Of a DNA stretch of 64,000 nucleotides, positions 1-9,102 are shown piece after piece. Under the pieces are notes generated by a model. The model was given only the letters and a program-made list of their open reading frames with translations, was not told the origin of the DNA and did not search any database. This DNA comes from a bacterium (lineage in GTDB: Bacteria; UBA8248). Both the position numbers and the translations under genes were made by a program. The stretch lies in the NCBI GenBank assembly GCA_965219955.1, contig OZ244799.1, positions 4,160,001 to 4,224,000 of the forward strand. Reading direction: 5' to 3'. How positions within the stretch are numbered: the stretch's first letter is position 1; every line of letters begins with the position of its first letter.

Positions 1-243
1 CAGGCCCATCGCGGCGATTCCGAACTGGATGAGCACCTCGGGGCAGGCATCGCGGATGGCGTTCGTGAGCGGCTCCCAGCTTTCGAGCTTCATCGGAATG
101 CCGTGGATGTGGGCGATGGCGGCCCCCGCCTCGTAGCTTTCCCTGACTTCTTTCGCGACGGCGCCGGGCGTCTGGAGCCGCTTGGGGACGCCCGCGTGCT
201 TCCGGCTGTCCGCCGCGCAGTTGGTGATGATGAGTTTCTCCAT
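1..243 (-). CDS. 3-keto-5-aminohexanoate cleavage enzyme (BKACE/DUF849) family protein, 5' part only (runs off window start)
   Basis: Manual translation MEKLIITNCAADSRKHAGVPKRLQTPGAVAKEVRESYEAGAAIAHIH... shows the family N-terminus (KLIIT, P-x-T-P-like segment, EAGAAIAHIH with HxH). Not in the ORF track because it is truncated. Confidence 0.8.
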   Translation of the reverse strand, partial: MEKLIITNCAADSRKHAGVPKRLQTPGAVAKEVRESYEAGAAIAHIHGIPMKLESWEPLTNAIRDACPEVLIQFGIAAMGL

Positions 244-280
244 ACGGTGCACTCCCAGGGCTATTCTTGCGGTGGTTTCT

Positions 281-1054
281 CTAATCCAGGGAACCTTCCA
301 CGTAGAGGAGGTTTCGGATTCTCTGCGTGAGTTCGACGAACATCTCGTCGCCCATGGTGTCGAGCGAGCGCGGGCGCGGGATGTCGACGGTGATGATCTC
401 CGATATCCGGCCCGGCCTCGGCGTCATGACGATCACCCGGTCGCCCAGGAACACGGCCTCGGGGATGGAGTGGGTGATGAAGAAGACGGTCTTCTTGCTC
501 TCCAGCCAGATTCGCTGGAGTTCGAGGTTCATCTGTTCGCGCGTCATGGCGTCGAGCGCGCCGAAGGGCTCGTCCATCAGCAGGACGTTCGGGTCGTGGA
601 TGAGGGCGCGGATGATGGCGTTTCGCTGGCGCATGCCGCCCGAGAGTTCGTGGGGGTACTTGTCCTCGAAGCCGTCCAGGCCCACGAGCTTGATGAGGTC
701 GTGCGCGCGCGGGAGCGTCTTCTTCGCGTCCAGCCCGAGAATTTCGGCGGGCAGCATGGTGTTCTGGAGCACGTTCCGCCACAGGAGCAGAACCGGGTCC
801 TGAAACACGATGCCGACGTCGTTGCGCGGGCCGTCGATGGGCGTGTTCTTGAGCGAGCACGTGCCGGACGTCTTGGCGAGCAGGCCGCCCAGGATCTTGA
901 GCAGCGTGCTCTTGCCGCAGCCGCTCGGCCCGACGACGGAGATGAACTCGCCCTCCGCGATCTCGAAGTTGATCTCCGTCAGGGCGTGCACGATCTCGCG
1001 GCTCGCGGTGACGTATTCCTTCTCCAGGTTCGATACCGAAATATATCCGTTCAT
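281..1054 (-). CDS. ABC transporter ATP-binding protein, NitT/TauT family
   Basis: Walker A GPSGCGKST, LSGGMRQR signature, LLMDEPFGALD, FITHS. Confidence 0.95.
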   Translation of the reverse strand: MNGYISVSNLEKEYVTASREIVHALTEINFEIAEGEFISVVGPSGCGKSTLLKILGGLLAKTSGTCSLKNTPIDGPRNDVGIVFQDPVLLLWRNVLQNTMLPAEILGLDAKKTLPRAHDLIKLVGLDGFEDKYPHELSGGMRQRNAIIRALIHDPNVLLMDEPFGALDAMTREQMNLELQRIWLESKKTVFFITHSIPEAVFLGDRVIVMTPRPGRISEIITVDIPRPRSLDTMGDEMFVELTQRIRNLLYVEGSLD

Positions 1055-1120
1055 CTTTCCCCGAAACCCCCGGAGGAGCGGGTTGCTCCGCCGGGGGCCG
1101 TTTCCTTGAGATATTCGCCT

Positions 1121-2041
1121 CTAGGCGCCCATCGTCTTGTCCGTCTCGGGCGCCCAGAAGAGCACTTTTTTCTTCACGAAGCGCACCACCTGGTGCATCC
1201 CCAGACCCATGCACGAGAGGATCACCAGGATGGCGAACGTGCCCGTCGTGTCGCTGCTGAAGCTCATCTGCATGAGCAGAATCCCCAGGCCGCACTGGCC
1301 GCGGCCGCCCCACATGCACTGGCCCGCGCCCACGAACTCGCCCAGAATCGCGCCGAGCAGACTGAACACCACCGCGATCTCAAAGCCCGCGAAGATGAAG
1401 GGCAGGGCGTTCGGGAACTGCATCTTCCAGAACATCTGCCAGCGCGAGGCGGAGAGCGAGCGCATGAGGTCTATCTGGTCCGTCGCGGCGGACTTGAGCC
1501 CCACCATGGTGTTCACCAGAAGCGGGAAGAACGCCACGAGGCCGGCCAGGAATATCTTCGACTTCACCTCGTAGCCGAACCAGATGATGAACAGGGGCGC
1601 GATGGCAAGCTTGGGCAGGGTCTGGAACGCCACCACGTAGGGCATGATGATCGCCTCGACCCATTTCGACTGCATGAAGGCCAAGCCTAAGCCCAGCCCG
1701 ATGAAGCTGCCCATGAAAAAGCCCATGACGGCCTCGAACAGCGTGTGGCTGATGTGGTTGTAAAAGCTCGTCTTCATGAGTCCCATGAAGTCCGCGGCCC
1801 CTCCCACGCCGCTGCCCACGTCATAGAAGAACAGCCCGCGCATGAGCGCCATCGCCACGCCCGAGGGCGCCGGGAAGATGAAGTCGTCCACCTCGAAGTA
1901 GTTCACCGTCCACTCCCAGACGATCAGCAGTATCACGAAGGATATGCCGAACAGGAGATACGGCCTCTGGAGCAGCGTCTCCGAAAGCGAGGGGCCGCCC
2001 GCGCTCCTCGGGGTTTCGTTGTTCTGGTCGGTGGTCGCCAT
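1121..2041 (-). CDS. ABC transporter permease, NitT/TauT family
   Basis: Multiple TM segments, LPKLAIAPLFIIWFG, FPNALPFIFAG; operon with ATPase and binding protein. Confidence 0.93.
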   Translation of the reverse strand: MATTDQNNETPRSAGGPSLSETLLQRPYLLFGISFVILLIVWEWTVNYFEVDDFIFPAPSGVAMALMRGLFFYDVGSGVGGAADFMGLMKTSFYNHISHTLFEAVMGFFMGSFIGLGLGLAFMQSKWVEAIIMPYVVAFQTLPKLAIAPLFIIWFGYEVKSKIFLAGLVAFFPLLVNTMVGLKSAATDQIDLMRSLSASRWQMFWKMQFPNALPFIFAGFEIAVVFSLLGAILGEFVGAGQCMWGGRGQCGLGILLMQMSFSSDTTGTFAILVILSCMGLGMHQVVRFVKKKVLFWAPETDKTMGA

Positions 2042-2053
2042 GTCGCCCGCCTC

Positions 2054-3196
2054 TTACTTCTGCATCTTCATCATCGCCTTGAATTTCTTCAATTCCTTGG
2101 CGAAGTCGAAGTTCTTGGCGCGGTTGATGACCTCGTTGCGGTCGAAGTTGTTGACCTCGTCGATCAACTCGTTCGTGTAGAGCGATTTCACCTGCGCGTC
2201 CGTGAGCTTCTTGTCCAGCCCCACGAACTTCACGTACTCGGCCCACTCGCCGTCGTGGTGCGCGCCGAACTTCTTGATCTTCTCGTCATCGAGCTTCAGC
2301 TTGGGCGCGCGCGCCTTGAGCACCTTGATCATCAAGGCGGTGGCCTTCTCGTCGCTCATGCCCTTGGGCTTCGATTCGGGGTAGAGCACCCAGTGGATCT
2401 TCAGAGCGGCTTCGGGGTTCGTATAGAAGAAGAGGCTCCCCTTGGCCAGGCCGCGCAGGAAGCCCACCACGGTGGCGCGGTTGTCCGCCAGGAACTTCTT
2501 GTTGATCCACACGACGTTGCCGAAGAGGTTCTGCGTCCAGTCCTTCTGGTAGGGGATCATGTCGAACTTGAACCCGCGCGCCTTCGCGAGCGTGTACTGG
2601 ATGTCCACGTTGGCCCAGGCGTCCACGCGGCCGAGCTTCATCGCCGTGGCGGCTTTGGAGACCGGCCCGACGGGAAGGTAGGTCACTTCCTGCTTGTCGG
2701 CGGGGATGCCGCAGGTCTCGAGCGCCTTCCTCACGAAGATGGGGCCGGAATCGCGCTGGCTCATGACGCCGACTTTCTTGCCCTGCAAATCGCAGACGGA
2801 CTTGATGCTGCTGCCCGGGGGCACGGCCACGCCGTCGGCGTAGATGGCGTCTCTGTTCAGGATGTAGACGCCCTTGACGGGGGGCATCTTCTTGCCGCGC
2901 GCGGCGCGGAAGAGGATGGGGATGGGCCTCGGCAGGCCGACGTGCGTGCGGCCCGAGAGCACCCAGCCCATCGCCTGCGCGCCGCCCTGGGCGGCGACGA
3001 ACTGCGCGTCCACGCCGCTTTCCTGGTAGTAGCCCAGGAAATTCCCTATCCAGAGAAACGATATGCCCGGGTTGAACAGCGGGTTCGCCATCGTCACCTT
3101 GATGTTCTTGAGTTTCATGGCGTCGGATGGCGCCGGCGCCGCAATGATGAGCGCGAACAGGGCCGCGACGGCGATGATGAGCCTGAATTTCTTCAT
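2054..3196 (-). CDS. ABC transporter substrate-binding protein, NMT1/THI5/SsuA-like
   Basis: Signal peptide, GYYQESGVD, SIKSVCDLQGKKVG; operon context. Confidence 0.88.
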   Translation of the reverse strand: MKKFRLIIAVAALFALIIAAPAPSDAMKLKNIKVTMANPLFNPGISFLWIGNFLGYYQESGVDAQFVAAQGGAQAMGWVLSGRTHVGLPRPIPILFRAARGKKMPPVKGVYILNRDAIYADGVAVPPGSSIKSVCDLQGKKVGVMSQRDSGPIFVRKALETCGIPADKQEVTYLPVGPVSKAATAMKLGRVDAWANVDIQYTLAKARGFKFDMIPYQKDWTQNLFGNVVWINKKFLADNRATVVGFLRGLAKGSLFFYTNPEAALKIHWVLYPESKPKGMSDEKATALMIKVLKARAPKLKLDDEKIKKFGAHHDGEWAEYVKFVGLDKKLTDAQVKSLYTNELIDEVNNFDRNEVINRAKNFDFAKELKKFKAMMKMQK

Positions 3197-3242
3197 GATG
3201 GTTCTCCTTCCTGGGAGTTATGAGTCAGCAAGAATCCTCTTC

Positions 3243-4016
3243 CTATTCCTCCACTATCGCGACCGGGCGCACCCACGCGCCGCTCGCGTCCTTCACGTTG
3301 ATCGGGAAACAGCATATCTTGAAGCCGTGCGGCTTGGGGATCGCCCCGATGTTGGTGATCTGCTCGATCTGGAAATACTCGCGCTGCCTGCCGAGAATGT
3401 GGTGGCAGGGCATGAGCGATTCGCGCTTGCCCGCCTTGAACTCGGGAACCTGGAAGCTGAAGGGCCTGTCGAAGCCGAAAGCGTCGATGCCGATGACGCG
3501 CACGCCGCGGTCGAGCAGGTACTCCGTCGCCGGGATGCTCATGCCCGGGTGGAGTTCTGGGTAATCGGGGCTGTCGCGGTGCTCGTCCGTGCCCGTCCAG
3601 AGGAGCACGATGTCGCCTTCTTTTACCTCGTAGTCGATCCTGGCGAGGCACGCCTTGATGTCCTCCTCGCTAATCCAGTCCCCCGTGTTCTTGTGCCGCA
3701 AATCCAGCACCACGCCGTCGCCGTAGCACCACTCGAGCGGGACCTTGTCGATCTTGCGCGAGGGCTCGCCCGCCACGGTGGGGCCGTAGTGCCAGGGGGC
3801 GTCCATGTGGGTGGCCGAGTGGGTGGAGACGGTGACGAACTCCGCCGCTCCGCCCACGCCGTCGTGTAGTTCTTCTATCGGGATGCCCCAGCCCTTGGCC
3901 GAGCGCGCGCCGAACTCTTCATGACCGAGGTAGGTGACCTCGGGCGGGCGCGGCTCGTTCGAGCCGTTCATGATGGGGGTGCTGAGATCGATGAATCGCG
4001 TGGCGCACATGGTCAA
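3243..4016 (-). CDS. Cyclase family (kynurenine formamidase-like) metal hydrolase
   Basis: HSATHMDAPWH (HxxTHxDxPxH) motif, IDLS N-terminus, GIDAFGFD. Confidence 0.9.
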   Translation of the reverse strand: MTMCATRFIDLSTPIMNGSNEPRPPEVTYLGHEEFGARSAKGWGIPIEELHDGVGGAAEFVTVSTHSATHMDAPWHYGPTVAGEPSRKIDKVPLEWCYGDGVVLDLRHKNTGDWISEEDIKACLARIDYEVKEGDIVLLWTGTDEHRDSPDYPELHPGMSIPATEYLLDRGVRVIGIDAFGFDRPFSFQVPEFKAGKRESLMPCHHILGRQREYFQIEQITNIGAIPKPHGFKICCFPINVKDASGAWVRPVAIVEE

Positions 4017-4052
4017 TCCTTTGCTGGTTGAAAATCTGATGATCCGGGCCGC

Positions 4053-5288
4053 CTAGACGACCCAGAGTTTTCTCTCCTGCGGGTAGACGGGTTCATACCC
4101 GGTTTCGGTGACGACGACGGTCTTCTCTATCTGGGTTCCGCCCATGCCGAATATCTGGCAGGGGTTTTCGACGCATATCGTGGTGCCCGCCTCGAGCGGG
4201 AAATCGCTCGAATCCGGCAGGAAGGGGCTGCCCTGCGGCGCGGGTTCGGCGAGAACGTAGGGCACTTCGCGCTGCTCGAGACCTATGGCGTGGCCGGCGA
4301 AGTTGCCGTTGTGCTCGGGCAGTCCCGCCGCGCGGGTGGCCGCGAGCAGGGTGCGGTGGATGGTGGAGCCGAGCACGCCCGCCCTGACCTTCGACATCGC
4401 GGCCTCGAAACCCTCCTCAGTCGCCTTCCACAAGTCGAGCTGCGCCCGGGTCGGCTCGCCGAGTACGCCGCCCCAGCCGGTGTCTCCCTGGTAGTTGTTC
4501 AAAACGACGCCGGCGTCGAACTTCCACATCTCGCCCTTGGCGATCTTCTTGTCCGTGGGCGGGAAGATGCCCGTCGCCCGGCGGCCCGAGCAGAAGTGGA
4601 ACCACTGCCACTTGCCGCCCATGCGCCCGACTTCCGCCGCGAAGACGGAAGCCACCTCGCGTTCGGTCGCCCCCTCGGCCACCGCGTTCGAGGCGGCGAT
4701 CCCCGCCTTCTCGTTCACCTCGGCGGCGGCGGCGAGCGCCGCGATCTCGTCGGGCGTCTTGACCATGCGGATGAGCCGGAAGAAATCCGCCGCGTCGACG
4801 ATCTCCGCATCGGGCAGGGCCGCCTCTATCTGCGCGCGCACGTTCGGCATCACGCGCTCCTGATCGAGCGCGAGCCGCGCCTTGGTGAGGCCGCGGTTTT
4901 TGAGCGCGAGCGCAAGAGCCTCTCCCGGGTTCTTGCCGCGTTTTCCGTCGTCGTTGTAGAGGCCGAGGTAGGTTTCTTCTTCGGGCGTCTGCGCCTGTTC
5001 TCCGGGCGGCTGGATGAGCGCGCTCTTGCCGCCGAAGGTGTAGAGGTCCTTGATCCAGGACTGCTGGGCCGAGACGTAGGTGACCTCCTGGCCCGGCACG
5101 ATGAGTGCGGGGGCCGCCCCCTCGTCGCGCGCGAAGACGGCGAGCATGTGGACGGAGTAGGCGTAGACCTTGTTCGACCAGCCCACGGTGCCCGCCAGAT
5201 AGGTGACGTTCTCGGGCGTGGAGGCGATGATGGCGTCGAAGTCGAAATCGGCCATCAGCCCCCGCGCGCGCTCTGCGTTCAGATACAT
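4053..5288 (-). CDS. Xaa-Pro peptidase / creatinase family (M24) protein
   Basis: PENVTYLAG, RMVKTPDEI, metal ligands D..D, GHAIGL, VENP, QIEKT. Confidence 0.88.
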   Translation of the reverse strand: MYLNAERARGLMADFDFDAIIASTPENVTYLAGTVGWSNKVYAYSVHMLAVFARDEGAAPALIVPGQEVTYVSAQQSWIKDLYTFGGKSALIQPPGEQAQTPEEETYLGLYNDDGKRGKNPGEALALALKNRGLTKARLALDQERVMPNVRAQIEAALPDAEIVDAADFFRLIRMVKTPDEIAALAAAAEVNEKAGIAASNAVAEGATEREVASVFAAEVGRMGGKWQWFHFCSGRRATGIFPPTDKKIAKGEMWKFDAGVVLNNYQGDTGWGGVLGEPTRAQLDLWKATEEGFEAAMSKVRAGVLGSTIHRTLLAATRAAGLPEHNGNFAGHAIGLEQREVPYVLAEPAPQGSPFLPDSSDFPLEAGTTICVENPCQIFGMGGTQIEKTVVVTETGYEPVYPQERKLWVV

Positions 5289-5512
5289 TTTGCGTTCCTC
5301 AAAGCTGGGGGATCCGGACAGGGCCGAAATGCCCCATCCGGCCTCGGCGCTCCTGAGCGATCCGCGTTATGTCGATTGCAAGAAGCGTATCAAATCGTCC
5401 CGAGCCTGAAAAGCGAAGCGGGGGTTCGAATGGCGATAATCCGTTCCACATGGTGGGACGGGGAGGGTGTTTGAGAAATTGGAGAGAGAGGTCGAGGCCC
5501 GTCCCCTGCGCC

Positions 5513-5997
5513 CCTCACCCTGGGTAGCGGCCGGAGGTAAAACGCGACTGAGAAGGGGCTGTTGAAAAAGCCTGTTTCGGGATCGGCGGCAAGGAGGTTC
5601 ATGCGGCGCAGACGTGATGGTTTTGTAGGGACAGGCCTCCGTGCCTGTCCTGCTCTTCGTGGTTGTCCTTCGTCAGGACAGGCACGGAGGCCTGTCCCTA
5701 CGGCGAACAATCTCGAAGGTCGGACAGGACTTTTTTAACAAGCCCGAGAAAGAAGTGTTTGTATCGAAGGGGCGCGTCCATCCCTCGATATGGCCCTTCG
5801 GGCTTACTCGGGATGAGGGGGAGGGCGCTCGGCGGCCCCGGTTCGTCATTCCGGCGAAAGCCGGAATCCATTTTCGCCTTCGTCTTTTCGCCTCCTCGTT
5901 CAGAAGTCTTCACGCCCGATCGAGGAGGATCGGAATCGAACACTAAAACGAAAGGCAAAAGATCATTCAATGGATTCCGGCTTTCGCCGGAATGACG
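5513..5997. repeat. Composite intergenic repeat cluster: CTCAYCCTGAGTAG-type hairpin element interrupted by a MITE, followed by a CGTC-type REP doublet (5844-5997)
   Basis: CGTCATTCCGGCGAAAGCCGGAATCCA ... TGGATTCCGGCTTTCGCCGGAATGACG arms; related copies at 24541, 48997, 52729, 53413. Confidence 0.85.
5555..5745. mobile_element. MITE with 16-bp TIRs, flanked by 5-bp direct repeat GAGAA; cargo is a GTAG-REP doublet
   Basis: GAGAA(5550-5554) GGGGCTGTTGAAAAAG ... CTTTTTTAACAAGCCC GAGAA(5746-5750); near-identical inverted copy at 50905-51115. Confidence 0.8.
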
Positions 5998-6108
5998 GTG
6001 AAAATTCCGGGAAGGGGGTACAGAAAACCGCTACGCGGCTCCCACAAGGGTAGGGACAGGTCGCGGCCTGTCCCTACTATTGAGCGTGCTTATTTTCTGT
6101 GCCGAACC

Positions 6109-7017
6109 CTACACCGGCTGCGCGCCCTGGATCTGGGTGCGGTGCATCAGGCGCGGATGCGTGCCCGCGTGGGGTTCGCGGTAGTGCATGGTGCAGCGGT
6201 TGTCCCACAGCAGCACGTCGCCGAGCCGCCAGACGTGCGCCCAGACGAGCTCATCCCTACAGGCGTGCTCCCAGAGGAAATCGAGAAGCTCCTCGCTCTC
6301 CTGCTCTTCCATGTCGTCGATGTATTGCGACGGATAGGCCCGCCTGCGGCCCAGGTAGAGCGCGCGCCTTCCGGATTCAGGATGCGTGCAGACGAGGGGA
6401 TGGTGCGGTCCGGGCACTTCCGAGGGCTTGGTGGGCAGCTTGACGCCGGGCCTGAGCGTGCCCGCGGAGTTCCGGCTCGCGTCGTGGACGGCGGTCTTGC
6501 CCTCGATTTTCTGTTTCACGTCCTCGGGCAGGGTCTCGTAGGCGGTGTACTGGTTGCTGAAACAGGTGTTCCCGCCCGAGGGGGGCAGCCTCCGTCCGTA
6601 GAGCATGCTGCCCGCTGGCGGTTTCTCGGCGTAGGAATTGTCGTTGTGCCAGACGACCTCGCCTGATCCCAGGCTCTCGTTCTGCTGCACGGGATTGCCG
6701 TCATCATCCAGGTTGTGGACGACGGTGATCTCGGCGTACTTGGCCGCCCAGGTCTGTTCTTTCCCGGCCTTGTCGTAATAGGCCTTGGCGGCGGGCACGA
6801 CGGCCTCGCCGAAGATGCGCGTGGCGTCCAGGTGCTGCTCCTCGGTCATCTCCTGATCCCGGAACAACAAGACGAGGTGCTCCGTCCAGGCGTCGCGCAG
6901 GGCGTCCTTCACCTCATCGGACATGGGCTGCGCCAGGTCGATTCCCCTGATCTCCGCACCCAGGGCGGCGCCCGTCGGCACTACTTCCAGACTGTCGAGT
7001 GTGTTTTTCGTGCTCAT
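6109..7017 (-). CDS. TauD/TfdA family 2-oxoglutarate-dependent dioxygenase
   Basis: LGAEIRGIDL, WHNDNSY (HxD), WDNRCTMHYR; start taken at MSTKNTLD. Confidence 0.92.
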   Translation of the reverse strand: MSTKNTLDSLEVVPTGAALGAEIRGIDLAQPMSDEVKDALRDAWTEHLVLLFRDQEMTEEQHLDATRIFGEAVVPAAKAYYDKAGKEQTWAAKYAEITVVHNLDDDGNPVQQNESLGSGEVVWHNDNSYAEKPPAGSMLYGRRLPPSGGNTCFSNQYTAYETLPEDVKQKIEGKTAVHDASRNSAGTLRPGVKLPTKPSEVPGPHHPLVCTHPESGRRALYLGRRRAYPSQYIDDMEEQESEELLDFLWEHACRDELVWAHVWRLGDVLLWDNRCTMHYREPHAGTHPRLMHRTQIQGAQPV

Positions 7018-7127
7018 TGCGTTGAACTCCTGTCGTTGTAGGTTTCTCTTCTCCGGTAGAGACTCCCCGGAAGATGTGATTGGCCGTTTGCTCCAGTCTA
7101 GTAAAACGGCGCTCCCCTGTAAAGATT

Positions 7128-8315
7128 TCAAGCGGCGGCGCTCACGCGCGCGCGTCTTTTCTGCTCCGCGTGAATCAGCCAGGCGAGGCTCGTGGCGACG
7201 AGGCAGAGCAGGGAGTAGAAGAGAAACGATTGCCTGAGTCCCACCGCCTGGGCGATGAGTCCTCCCAGGAAGGGCGACGCCACGGACGCCGCCTCGTTCG
7301 CCGTATACATGAGGCCGATGGCGCTCGTGCGGTTTTTCTCGCGAACCACGCCGGTGGTCAGCGTGAGCATGAGGCTTTGTGAGGGGTTCAAGCACGCGCC
7401 CAAAAGCGCCAGCAGGCCGAAGAAGACGACCGCGGATTCGGCTTGCGACAGGAAAGCCAGGGAGGCGGCGCTCGTCGCCATCATGAAGAGGATGATGCGC
7501 GTCTCGTTCTTCGGGTCGGAGTATTTCCCCCATATCACGGCGAAGACGGTGCCGACGAGGAAATAGCCCGTGATCGCCCAGCCCACCTCGATGGTGCCCA
7601 GCCCCAGCCCCTCGGCCAGCAGAAGCGGCAGAAAGGTCATGATGCCGCGCAGGCCCATCACCCGGCAGGAGGAGAGCAGCGTCATCAGGATCATGAACTT
7701 GTCGCCGAGCAATTCACTGAATGTGGAGCGGGCTTCTTTCGCCATCGATTTCCGCCTGCCGGGCGCGTCCTGAAACCGCATCCAGATGATGAGCGCGCAC
7801 GCGACCCCCGGCAGCACGAAATACTGCGCCGCCGCCCGCCAGCTCGCGAGATAAACCGTGAGCCAGCCCATGGCCACCGGCGTCAGGATGCTGCCGAAAT
7901 CACCGCCCGCCTTGAAAAGGCCCATGGCGAGGCCGCGGTTCCTGGGGCTTTCCGCGGCGATCATCGAGACGGCCGCGGGGTGATAGGCCGAACAGCCCAG
8001 GCCGCTTAAGAACACGAAGGTGAGCAGGGCCGCGTAGGTATCCGAATAGCCGTAGAACCAGGCGGGCAGGGCGTTGAACAGGAGAGACAGCCCCAGGATG
8101 AGGCGGGTTTTTCCGGTGAAATCGCCCAGAAAGGAGATGGGCAACTGAAACAGGCTGCTCGATAAGGCGTAGACCGAGGCGATGAGGCCCGTTTGCGCGT
8201 AGTTCAGGCCGAAATCCGCCATGATGAGCGGGAGGATGGGCGTCAGAATCCGGTTGTAGAGCGAGTTCACCGAATGGCTCGACGCGATGATCAGGATGTT
8301 GGCGCGTGTGCTCAT
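7128..8315 (-). CDS. MFS transporter (Fsr-like)
   Basis: About 12 TM segments, SHSVNSLY, GLGCSAYHP, RGLAMGLF; start taken at MSTRANIL. Confidence 0.88.
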   Translation of the reverse strand: MSTRANILIIASSHSVNSLYNRILTPILPLIMADFGLNYAQTGLIASVYALSSSLFQLPISFLGDFTGKTRLILGLSLLFNALPAWFYGYSDTYAALLTFVFLSGLGCSAYHPAAVSMIAAESPRNRGLAMGLFKAGGDFGSILTPVAMGWLTVYLASWRAAAQYFVLPGVACALIIWMRFQDAPGRRKSMAKEARSTFSELLGDKFMILMTLLSSCRVMGLRGIMTFLPLLLAEGLGLGTIEVGWAITGYFLVGTVFAVIWGKYSDPKNETRIILFMMATSAASLAFLSQAESAVVFFGLLALLGACLNPSQSLMLTLTTGVVREKNRTSAIGLMYTANEAASVASPFLGGLIAQAVGLRQSFLFYSLLCLVATSLAWLIHAEQKRRARVSAAA

Positions 8316-8417
8316 GCGGATTCCAGGGTGGGAAAATACTCGAACGAATGAAGCCGCGCCATACATACCACTAAACGGCGCGCGCGGGGAAGCGGGCGCG
8401 ATGGGGCTTCCCGCGCG

Positions 8418-9010
8418 GGGTCGTTGGAAAAGCCTTTGCCAAAGGAGCAACCCCCCCTGCCCCCCTTGTCGGAGTTGTTGAAAAACCCTGAGGAGAGAGG
8501 AATCACTCCCCCCTTGAGGGTCGGCCTTTCCTCCTCGGGAAGGCCGACGAAGAGCTAAGGGCATAAGCCCGCAAGCGAATCGGTGAGGGGGATAATTCGG
8601 AATGGCGATAAAACGCGATTCACCCCCCACCGCATCAGCCTTCGCAAAAATCGCTCGGCTTCACTGACTCCCCCTCCAGGGGCTGTTGAAAAAGTCCGAT
8701 AAAGGAGGAAGGGCGGTTGTAGGGACAACCCTCCGTGGTTGTCCTTTGCGGGATGGTTGCCGTCAGGACAGGCACGGAGGCCTGTCCCTACAAAACCCCC
8801 GTATGCGACACCCGCAAACCGCCAACGCCTTTTTCCTCACCCTGAGTAGCCGCCGAAGGTAAAACGCGACTGAGAAAGGAGCGTTTGTATCGAAGGGCGG
8901 AGGCTCGCGCCGTGGCGAGAGCAAACGCTCATTCATCAATCACGTTTGACCTTCGATGCGCGGCTCCGCCGCTACTCAGGATGAGGCGGATAGGCTTTTT
9001 CAACAATCCC
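8418..9010. repeat. Composite intergenic repeat cluster (CACTCCCCCCTTGAGGG-type element, MITE ends, GTAG-REP doublet, CCTGAGTAG hairpin element)
   Basis: Segments match 38798-38980 (inverted), 57916-58109 and 5513-5770. Confidence 0.85.
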
Positions 9011-9102
9011 GAGCGCGCTCACGATTCACCGGGGGTATGATATGTTGTGGGCGGAAGCCCGCACGCATTCTCGGCGATGAAATATGCGAGAGGACTCAGC
9101 GC

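Noticed and set aside
5390-5995. Short ORFs over repeat clusters (also at 24.5, 38.6, 49, 50.9, 52.6, 53.4 and 58.1 kb) sharing peptides such as MDSGFRRND or GTEACPY
   Set aside because: Translations of the palindromic repeats rather than genes
6109-9102. N-terminal extensions of the TauD, MFS and first SulP ORFs in the ORF track
   Set aside because: They run through the neighbouring gene or repeats; homology begins at downstream starts
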